Shown piece by piece: positions 1-7,597 of a stretch of DNA of 20,000 nt. Origin of the DNA: an uncultured virus (IMG/VR IMGVR_UViG_3300020357_000003) (Duplodnaviria > Heunggongvirae > Uroviricota > Caudoviricetes); IMG/VR virus record IMGVR_UViG_3300020357_000003, one strand, 5' to 3'. Positions within the stretch are counted from its first letter, which is position 1; every line of letters begins with the position of its first letter. The position numbers and the translations under genes are program-made. Below the pieces are notes generated by a model that had not been told where the DNA came from, did not search any database, and worked only from the letters and a program-made list of their open reading frames with translations.

Positions 1-29
1 TAGATCTACCATAATATAGGAGTACAGTT

Positions 30-347
30 ATGCCAGTATGGGCAGTAATACCTAAATTTAGTAAGCTTGTATCTGCTGCAATGAAAAAAGCAGGAGGTAC
101 TCCTGCAGCAAGACAGAAAGTTATAAAAGAAAACCCTAGCTGGTTTAAATATATGCCTGGAAAGGCTGGAAAAAAAGCAGGTAGTACACCAGCTAAAGCT
201 AAACCTAAAGCGACAACAGCTAAAAAGGGAAAAGGTGGTTTTAGTGAAGTACAGTTAGAAAAATACAGAGACATGTATAGAAACAGAAAGAATGATAAAA
301 GATGGGATCGCTTATCCCCAGATATTAAAAACAAGCTATTAAAATAG
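30..347 (+). CDS. Small, very basic Lys/Ala/Pro-rich hypothetical protein (105 aa), possibly nucleic-acid binding
   Basis: ORF with SD AGGAG at 18-22. Hand count gives about 22 Lys + 6 Arg versus 7 acidic residues. Internal repeat KKAGGTPAA / KKAGSTPAK. Confidence 0.75.
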   Translation: MPVWAVIPKFSKLVSAAMKKAGGTPAARQKVIKENPSWFKYMPGKAGKKAGSTPAKAKPKATTAKKGKGGFSEVQLEKYRDMYRNRKNDKRWDRLSPDIKNKLLK

Positions 348-355
348 GAGGAACT

Positions 356-988
356 ATGGAAGATGTGAAGTTAACACCAATTGATCAAATGACTCAGGAC
401 GAACTCAAACAAGAGTTAAAAGAGTATGGAGTTGTGTTTCACCATAAAACAGGTCAAGCTAAATTAGCGGAATTACTAGCTGATGTTAGAAAAAATCCTG
501 AAAGCATGGTACAGGATTTTGATAATGAAGACGTAGCTACAGATCGCCCATATGAAGGCGGTAATCCTAATGCAAGTGAAGCTGCTATAGCTGCAGCTAC
601 TAAAGCAATGAAACGAACTGGAGAACAAGAAGCATTAAAATTAGTTCGTATTGTAGTTACTCCTAATGATCCACTTATGAGTAGTTACCCTGGCCTTATA
701 TTTACAGTAGGAGCTTCTGGCCTTAATAACGGAAGAATGATTAAGAAATTTGTTCCATTTAATAACGAAGAAGGCTGGCATGTTCCTAATATTATTTATA
801 ATCAGATAAAACATGCTGAGATGCAAAAGTTTAAAACTGTTACTCGTCCTAATGGTGAGAAAGTATTAGAGCCTTACATTACTCAAAAATTTAACGTACG
901 AGTATTGGATCCCCTTACTAAAGAAGAATTGGAAAGACTAGCTGCCGCTCAAGCAGCTAATCCAGCATTCCATACGGGAGATAACTAA
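356..988 (+). CDS. N4 gp55-like protein (210 aa)
   Basis: SD AGGAGG at 346-351. N-terminal helix-extension-helix-like segment (ELKQELKEYGVVFHHKTGQAKLAELL). C-terminal LVRIVVT...PGLIFTVG...KFVPFN...WHVP...KFNVRVLDPLTKEELERLA resembles recalled N4 gp55 homologues. Synteny agrees. Confidence 0.8.
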   Translation: MEDVKLTPIDQMTQDELKQELKEYGVVFHHKTGQAKLAELLADVRKNPESMVQDFDNEDVATDRPYEGGNPNASEAAIAAATKAMKRTGEQEALKLVRIVVTPNDPLMSSYPGLIFTVGASGLNNGRMIKKFVPFNNEEGWHVPNIIYNQIKHAEMQKFKTVTRPNGEKVLEPYITQKFNVRVLDPLTKEELERLAAAQAANPAFHTGDN

Positions 989-1512
989 TGGCTATTACTA
1001 TTGCTGATTTAACTGCTGGAGTTGCTACTGATGCTAATAACGTAGTAACAGGTACAGGTGTATTTGATGATCTAATGGAAACAGTAAATGCACATATGGC
1101 CGCTCAATTTAATTTAGGTCGTATTACTGGCAGTGACTACGCAACAGTGTATTTGACCGCTATGCAAGCAGCTGTTCAGCAAGCTGTAGCTTATGTAATA
1201 GGGATGCAAAAAGGCAATGCTGAAGAATCCCTACTTTTCCAAAAAGAAGTTACGGAATTTGCTCAAACTGAACAAAGTACTAAAACTGCCCCAACAACTA
1301 CTTCTGTAGCAGGGAGAGCAAATAACTTGTCTACTGAACAAGCTAAAGGGTTTAAATGGAATGCCGATCAGAAATACCTTAAAACTCTATTAGACGCTTG
1401 GAGCGTAAATGTCTCAACTGCTGGTGTTGCCTCTACAGGTGTAGTTGCTCTTAATACAACTGGAACAGGTAATATTAATACGCAAATAACTAACGCAGAA
1501 CCTACAGGATAA
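988..1512 (+). CDS. N4 gp54-like virion structural protein, probable tail tube (174 aa, compact)
   Basis: TAATG stop/start overlap with the upstream gene and GGAG SD. DLT...GTGVFDDLM...H...RITGSDYATVY and C-terminal K..LDAW.V are typical of recalled N4 gp54 homologues. Synteny agrees. Confidence 0.8.
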   Translation: MAITIADLTAGVATDANNVVTGTGVFDDLMETVNAHMAAQFNLGRITGSDYATVYLTAMQAAVQQAVAYVIGMQKGNAEESLLFQKEVTEFAQTEQSTKTAPTTTSVAGRANNLSTEQAKGFKWNADQKYLKTLLDAWSVNVSTAGVASTGVVALNTTGTGNINTQITNAEPTG

Positions 1513-1517
1513 TAGCA

Positions 1518-4334
1518 ATGGGGTTTATTGCTAATATTTTTACCGCTATTGTTGATGTTGTTGTAGCGATAGTTGAAGCAGTTGTACAAGTAGTTGAGAT
1601 GGTTGTGCAGTTAATTATGGTATTACTTGGGTGGGATGGGGGTTCCACCCAAATAATTGAGTATTACGAAGTTCAGAATATCCCCTTGTTTGATGATGTA
1701 GATAAGAAAAATCCCACCGCCTCCGCTATTCTTCAAAGTATCCTGGCAGATAAAGACTTAGTTAGTAGTCTTATTTATCATCTTGCGTTTCGTAGCCTTA
1801 AAGGAAACGTTAAAGAATTTATGGATTTTATTGACAATGGGAACTATTTTGAAAACTTTCCCGCAATAGAATCATATATTTTAACTATAGATTATGATGA
1901 AGTAACTGATGTATTAAATACTATTAATGGTGTCCCTTGTACAATTGAAAATGCGTATTTAAGAGCTTTATCAAAATCTGATTGGGTTAAGTCTTGGTTA
2001 CAAGATAATAAAGGATATGATGTAGGTCTTAATCGACTGGGTACCGAATATCGAGAAGTAACTACCACGCCTAGTATTCCTGCTGCGGATACTGTTAATG
2101 TCACGCCATCAGTAAATCATTTTCAAATAGATATAACTAGTGAAATGGCTACGTCAGACGATGTCTTAGTTGATATGCGGTGGTATGTTAATTTAAATAC
2201 TATTGTGTATAATTCAGGCACAGACGACTATACTGTTGAAGCTTATAATGACGCTGGTGTAACAATAACCCTCCCTTATACTGTTCCATCACGACCGGGA
2301 CAAGTTCATTATGTTGTAACTTATTATAGAGATGTGGATCCAAGTAGAATCTATCTATTTATTTATCAAGCAGGATCTGGAACATATACAGATTTAGATA
2401 CAATAGAGGATCCTATTGATATAGATGGCAGTACGCTTGAAGTTCTTCCCGCAGTTCCTTTAAGAATAAGTAATTCTAACTACACTACATTTGGGGCAAC
2501 TAAACAAGCAGCAATAGAAGATATATTAAAAATAATACATCTAGATGCAGCGGAAGTTCTAGACTCTATTTTAACTGACCCTGGAGTAGCAAGTAATCTA
2601 GGGGATATAGATAATATTTATGTAAATTTCGGTGTAAGAATGTGGGATACATCTCAAGCAGGTATGTCCTATTTATACAGAATGTTTGAGAATTTATACC
2701 CAGCCCAAGGCACCACACAAGGAGATTATGATAATTCTCCAGCAGGGGATGATAAACCGCAGAATAATATCCTTACTTCGACAGATGACAACGAATATGC
2801 ATTTCAGTTTAGCTATATTACCTATACACATACCCCATTAATCGATATTGATGCTGATACTGGGAGTGTCGAAAATGGTATCTACTATTCAGATATGTCT
2901 AAATTTGGGGATGATGGACTATTAAAATATAACTACTATAGTTCCTCTGGTAAAGGGACGTATAACGTAGGGTATAAAGCGGATAATTTAGATGAAGTAC
3001 AGGATTTCTTAGATGGGAATGGGGTACCTAATCCTGGTACTACGTCTGGGGAAGCAACTAATTGGTTACAAGTAACTGAAAGAATGAGCTATAACAATCC
3101 TTCTCCTGTATTACAGGAATCTGATGGAAGTACTAGCTCATTAATATATCTAACTCCTGACGCAGTTTATGAAAATAATGGATCTGGTGTATTACGCTTA
3201 GTTCAGCAAGCTTCAGAAGAAACAACTATAGGACAATCAATAACTTACTATTGCATTAAACCATCAGGATTAGATGCATATACAGTTGCCCAGCCAATAG
3301 GTGCTTTAAAAGTTATTGATGGAGATACTGGTAAATTTAAAATGGTTAAATTTAACCTTGGGGCTCAACAGGATCTCATGGTTCCATTTATTCATACATT
3401 TATTAAGGATCTATCTCATGCCGAAGTTAGTAAATTATTTTTAGCAGGATGTCATGTATCTATCTATATAGCTCATTATGAAGTAATAGTCCACGCAGGC
3501 ATGAGTTTTCTTACGGCCTTAGTAATGATTGTAGTTATTGTAGTTATAGTCGTAATTGCTTGGCCAACAATTAAAGCGGGTTTTGCAGCTATGAAGGCGG
3601 GTATAGCAAAATTAACATCAGCTGCACTAGCAGGAAACTTTTTAAGCGTAGCATGGACTATGTTTTTAGAAGCTATCCCTAGTATGCTTATAAAATTTGC
3701 TGCTCAGTATGTAATTCAGCTAGCAATTGAGGAGATAGCTAAGGATAACCCAGAATTAGCCATGATTCTTAATATCGTAGCCTCAGTAGCTATATCTATG
3801 TGGGATCCTGGCGTAACATTTGGGCCAACAGGTGCTCCTATAGGTACTTATGGGCATACAGGAGGAGCGACACTTGGAGCAGGAGGTGGTAGTTTAACTA
3901 CGCCTTCACCTAGCACATCATGGAGTTTTAGATCTACGGGAATGAAATTTAAAAGTCTATCTTCTTTGACTTTTTTAGATTTAGCTGAAATAGCTACAAA
4001 ATTTGTAACAGGTATAGGAAGTTTAGAATCTATGGCTGTAGGAGCTCTAGCTGAGACTTTAGCAGCAGATACCGCAGCATGGGGCGTAGAAAGAGCAAGT
4101 AAGTTACAGGAAATCAATGAAATGGAGAATTGGTTGGATAGTCGTAAAGCAGTGAATCTAGCACCAGTACTAACTGCACAATGGAGAGTAGGAGGAGGAC
4201 GATCTAATAATGGATTACCAGAAGGTATATCGGCTCCTGTGTATCTTGATGCTTGTATAGGAGCATATGTTCCTATGCGTATTGATTCTACTTTTATGTA
4301 TCCTTGGGATCATGATCCTTATGATTACGCATAA
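1518..4334 (+). CDS. N4 gp53-like large virion protein, tail plug/tip candidate (938 aa)
   Basis: Follows the gp54-like gene. Central PAVPLRI...LGDIDNIYVNFGV...YLYRMF block and C-terminal hydrophobic segment (FLTALVMIVVIVVIVVIAW) as recalled for gp53 homologues. Confidence 0.72.
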   Translation: MGFIANIFTAIVDVVVAIVEAVVQVVEMVVQLIMVLLGWDGGSTQIIEYYEVQNIPLFDDVDKKNPTASAILQSILADKDLVSSLIYHLAFRSLKGNVKEFMDFIDNGNYFENFPAIESYILTIDYDEVTDVLNTINGVPCTIENAYLRALSKSDWVKSWLQDNKGYDVGLNRLGTEYREVTTTPSIPAADTVNVTPSVNHFQIDITSEMATSDDVLVDMRWYVNLNTIVYNSGTDDYTVEAYNDAGVTITLPYTVPSRPGQVHYVVTYYRDVDPSRIYLFIYQAGSGTYTDLDTIEDPIDIDGSTLEVLPAVPLRISNSNYTTFGATKQAAIEDILKIIHLDAAEVLDSILTDPGVASNLGDIDNIYVNFGVRMWDTSQAGMSYLYRMFENLYPAQGTTQGDYDNSPAGDDKPQNNILTSTDDNEYAFQFSYITYTHTPLIDIDADTGSVENGIYYSDMSKFGDDGLLKYNYYSSSGKGTYNVGYKADNLDEVQDFLDGNGVPNPGTTSGEATNWLQVTERMSYNNPSPVLQESDGSTSSLIYLTPDAVYENNGSGVLRLVQQASEETTIGQSITYYCIKPSGLDAYTVAQPIGALKVIDGDTGKFKMVKFNLGAQQDLMVPFIHTFIKDLSHAEVSKLFLAGCHVSIYIAHYEVIVHAGMSFLTALVMIVVIVVIVVIAWPTIKAGFAAMKAGIAKLTSAALAGNFLSVAWTMFLEAIPSMLIKFAAQYVIQLAIEEIAKDNPELAMILNIVASVAISMWDPGVTFGPTGAPIGTYGHTGGATLGAGGGSLTTPSPSTSWSFRSTGMKFKSLSSLTFLDLAEIATKFVTGIGSLESMAVGALAETLAADTAAWGVERASKLQEINEMENWLDSRKAVNLAPVLTAQWRVGGGRSNNGLPEGISAPVYLDACIGAYVPMRIDSTFMYPWDHDPYDYA

Positions 4335-4341
4335 ATAGGTA

Positions 4342-4370
4342 ATGACAATTTATTTAAATAACGGTATTAT
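4342..4370 (+). promoter_or_regulatory. Putative host sigma70 promoter for the ejection-protein/vRNAP operon
   Basis: ATGACA (4342-4347), 17-nt spacer, TATTAT (4365-4370): 5/6 and 5/6 consensus matches, in the largest intergenic gap of the window. SD AGGAG at 4386-4390. N4 late genes are transcribed by host sigma70 RNAP. Confidence 0.6.
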
Positions 4371-4396
4371 TAGGGTAATAAAGATAGGAGTTTGAT

Positions 4397-5272
4397 ATGG
4401 CAGAAAATAATATTCCTTTATGGCAACAATATATTAATCAATATGCCCGTAGAGCAAGTAGACCTACATGGGGCAGACCGCAACAACCTCCTGGGTGGGA
4501 ATATCTAGCTAATCCACAACAATCAATGCCCGCAGTGATACCCACAGATTCAGCAGGTTCATATAGTTGGGCAGATCAGAACGCTTATTCTGTAAATCCA
4601 CAAACAAAAGAAAGGTATTTACCTGGGTGGAAAGCGAATCCCTATAGTGCTACTGGTGGTGTGGATGCAAGAATGCCTAGCTACTATGCAATGTCAGAAG
4701 GCGTAGTTCCAGATGATTGGAATTTCGGTGGTGGTGGTAGTGGTCGTGATAGATGGAAAAGTCTAGCAAGGCTTAGTGGAAATCAAAATTTTCTTAACCT
4801 ACCCACAGCAAATGAGCTAGCACAAACATACGGTAGTGCTAATATTGGTGGTAGTAGTTGGTTTGATACGGATACTGGTACTGGTACTGGTACAACTAAG
4901 GATGAAGATGATCCAGATTTGTATGATCCATTTGATGTAGGTGAACCTTCAGTAGACCAGATGAGATCATCCGCTACAGGATTAATTGATCCCTCTAAGT
5001 ATGGATCAGATTCAATATGGAGCGGGATTAAAGAGTGGACAGGCAAGAATCCAATGAAAGCTGCAGGTATTGGTTTAGATTTATGGAAACAAATAAACCA
5101 AAATAGAGCTTTGTCACAAAATAAAGCATATATGGATGATGTACGAAAAGCCATGGCATTTGATCAAGCTGATGTAAATAGACGTTGGGATCTAACTATG
5201 AAAGACTACAATAGACGAGTAGCTTTAGATGATAAATTCTTAGAGTCTCAAAAATTACCTACAGCAGTTTAA
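4397..5272 (+). CDS. N4 gp52-like ejection protein with long low-complexity N-terminal extension (291 aa)
   Basis: SD AGGAG. C-terminal amphipathic helix plus coiled coil (SIWSGIKEW...AAGIGLDLWKQ...AMAFDQADVNRRW...YNRR). Cys-free. Positional equivalent of gp52. Confidence 0.6.
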   Translation: MAENNIPLWQQYINQYARRASRPTWGRPQQPPGWEYLANPQQSMPAVIPTDSAGSYSWADQNAYSVNPQTKERYLPGWKANPYSATGGVDARMPSYYAMSEGVVPDDWNFGGGGSGRDRWKSLARLSGNQNFLNLPTANELAQTYGSANIGGSSWFDTDTGTGTGTTKDEDDPDLYDPFDVGEPSVDQMRSSATGLIDPSKYGSDSIWSGIKEWTGKNPMKAAGIGLDLWKQINQNRALSQNKAYMDDVRKAMAFDQADVNRRWDLTMKDYNRRVALDDKFLESQKLPTAV

Positions 5273-5282
5273 AGGAGTTATT

Positions 5283-5489
5283 ATGAGAGAACACATGTTA
5301 AATGCTTTACGAGCCTACTACACAGGGCATATTGAAAAGCATAAAATGAACATTGAAAATCTTATAACGAATAATGTAGGTGTTGCAGAACACCCAGACC
5401 ATATTGAAACTATATCGAAAGAAGTGGAATCCTTGGCTAAATACGATGAAATGCTACATATGGTAGATAAGTATTTTAGTCCAGAATAA
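5283..5489 (+). CDS. Small helical-hairpin hypothetical protein (68 aa), family recalled from marine phages
   Basis: SD AGGAG at 5273-5277. The pattern L.AL..Y..G.I.KH..N.E....N.VG..EH.D....I..E...A.Y.......KYF resembles small conserved ORFs I recall from marine T4-like cyanophage-type genomes (not searched). Confidence 0.8.
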   Translation: MREHMLNALRAYYTGHIEKHKMNIENLITNNVGVAEHPDHIETISKEVESLAKYDEMLHMVDKYFSPE

Positions 5490-5498
5490 GGAGCTATC

Positions 5499-7565
5499 AT
5501 GGCAAGAACTAACTTACCAGGGAATATTTTAAAAAGCCTTAATACCAGATTATTAGGCAATTTAAAAAGTGGAGTTGATACTAATATCGACTTAATGCAG
5601 GGTCAAGCTAATCTAGCTGAGCAGGGAGTTCAACGATATGCAGATATCTCTGCACAGGATTTTCTTTCAGATATAGAAGCTGTTAATACGGGTGATCCTA
5701 CACAGGATCTTTTAGCGAGAAATCAGTTAGTTCAACAAATGAAAGCAGACCCTGGTTTAATTGATATGGGTAAAGTTAATGTAGGACTGAGAAATATTCG
5801 AAAACAAGCTCCTATTGATTATTTAAAAGGTCAAGAGGCACAAAAAGCATTTAAAACGCAACATGATATTGACTGGGATACAAAGCACATGCGTGATCTT
5901 CCTAATCAATTTTTAGATGACGGTTCCGTAAATCCTGCTTTTCAAACAAGCTTAGAAAGTAATATTGCCGAAGCTAGAAGAAACAATATTGCTATTCCTC
6001 AAGAAAAAGCTCTGTATCGAAGTATATTCGATAATGATCCCTTTACACTATCAGCAGATACGACTACTACGTTAGAGAATCTATCAAAAGGTGGTGCAAA
6101 AGCATTTACTAAATCAGCACAAGCAGGTGTGATTAATAAAATAGCCGATAACATGGCTAAAAAATATCCTGGAATAACAGACAGGTCTGTATTCAAAACT
6201 AGAGCAGGTACTTTACTAGCTAATTCTAAATACGGTCAAAATTTTACATTAGGAATTGCAGATGAAGCTACTGATACAATTGATACGCTTGCAATAGAAC
6301 GAATGCAAAGTGATATAAGTAACGCTGCTCAGAATTATGGTAAAGGAACGGGAGAAGTCCTTGCTCAAAATAATAAAGTATATAGAGATAGTGTTAATGC
6401 TTTAATTACTTTTATGAATAAAAATAATATTGGAAGCGATCATCCAAACGCAAAAAATCTACAAGCTCCAATATTAAGAGCACTACAACGAGACGGCCTA
6501 TCTTTAGACAGTGTTGTTAAAAACAATACTAGTTGGTTAGCAGAATTAAATAGTGGTGCAATTAAAGTTAGTACTGCACAAAGCATAAAAGGGGCAATAC
6601 GTAGACACTACCAAAATCTATATCCTGAACTTACAGATGGTATTTTTGATCAGCACTACGACAAACTCAAAAATAACGCAGGAAGTGGTATATCAGCAGC
6701 TATTACACAAGGAGCTGCGAATGCTGCAGCTAGGGCAAAGACTATTGCCATAGATATGAAGAACAAAGAGGAATTCTGGTCAAGAGCGAACAGAGATGCA
6801 AATGCAATGGAGTATGAAACTGTTGAGGGTCATATTACTAGATCGTTAATGGAACAACTTAAAAGCGACTATAAAGATGAAGACTTTGACCCAGGTACTG
6901 GGATGGAACTTCAGGAATCAATAAGAAGGACTAAAAATCTATATGATTATGCTATAGGTCGAAAACTTCCTGAAAGCGGCCCCGAAAGGGATGCTTATAA
7001 TTTAGCTCTTAAACGAACAATGCTAAATAGTGTTACTTGGGACACAAAATTCACAGTCGGAGGATATACTGTAGTAAAAGCTGATTTCGGAATGGTAGGC
7101 GCCCCAGGGAATATAAGTCCTGAATGGTGGGATAATTTTCCAAATAAAGTAGATCTGTATAATAGATTTAAAGAGAATATTATACCTGCTAACGCTCTTA
7201 GAAAAGCTGAGAAAAATGAAAGAAAACTTAAAGAAGGATCTAAAAGCCTAATAACGGCAACCAATGACGCTCTTAAAAGTGTTAAATCACAAACACCACA
7301 AATATCAAAGTCTAGGGTTAGTTCTACTTATTCACAAGGTCTTGATCCACTATATCAATTTTCACAAGGAGGAGTAGGAAATCGTTATCAACCATCTACT
7401 ACTGGTCAACCAATTCCAAGTCAGAATACAGGAGGAACTCCGACTGCAAATCCAAACGTTGTAGAATTAGACAATGGAACCTTTCAGGTAACTTTACCTA
7501 ATGGTAAGACGGAAATAATAAGTAGAGAAAAAATGGCAGCCTACACTCTAATGGGTAGGCAATAA
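5499..7565 (+). CDS. N4 gp51-like ejection/internal virion protein (688 aa)
   Basis: SD TAAGGAG at 5487-5493. Directly upstream of vRNAP, helical Ala/Asn/Gln-rich composition, no Cys, size similar to gp51. Assigned mainly by synteny. Confidence 0.6.
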   Translation: MARTNLPGNILKSLNTRLLGNLKSGVDTNIDLMQGQANLAEQGVQRYADISAQDFLSDIEAVNTGDPTQDLLARNQLVQQMKADPGLIDMGKVNVGLRNIRKQAPIDYLKGQEAQKAFKTQHDIDWDTKHMRDLPNQFLDDGSVNPAFQTSLESNIAEARRNNIAIPQEKALYRSIFDNDPFTLSADTTTTLENLSKGGAKAFTKSAQAGVINKIADNMAKKYPGITDRSVFKTRAGTLLANSKYGQNFTLGIADEATDTIDTLAIERMQSDISNAAQNYGKGTGEVLAQNNKVYRDSVNALITFMNKNNIGSDHPNAKNLQAPILRALQRDGLSLDSVVKNNTSWLAELNSGAIKVSTAQSIKGAIRRHYQNLYPELTDGIFDQHYDKLKNNAGSGISAAITQGAANAAARAKTIAIDMKNKEEFWSRANRDANAMEYETVEGHITRSLMEQLKSDYKDEDFDPGTGMELQESIRRTKNLYDYAIGRKLPESGPERDAYNLALKRTMLNSVTWDTKFTVGGYTVVKADFGMVGAPGNISPEWWDNFPNKVDLYNRFKENIIPANALRKAEKNERKLKEGSKSLITATNDALKSVKSQTPQISKSRVSSTYSQGLDPLYQFSQGGVGNRYQPSTTGQPIPSQNTGGTPTANPNVVELDNGTFQVTLPNGKTEIISREKMAAYTLMGRQ

Positions 7566-7597
7566 TCTACTAATCTAGATATGAATAACTCAGAAAT

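Noticed and set aside
4864..4893. ACTGGT tandem repeat as a phase-variation or regulatory element
   Set aside because: Only three in-frame hexamers encoding a Thr-Gly linker; slippage would not shift the frame.
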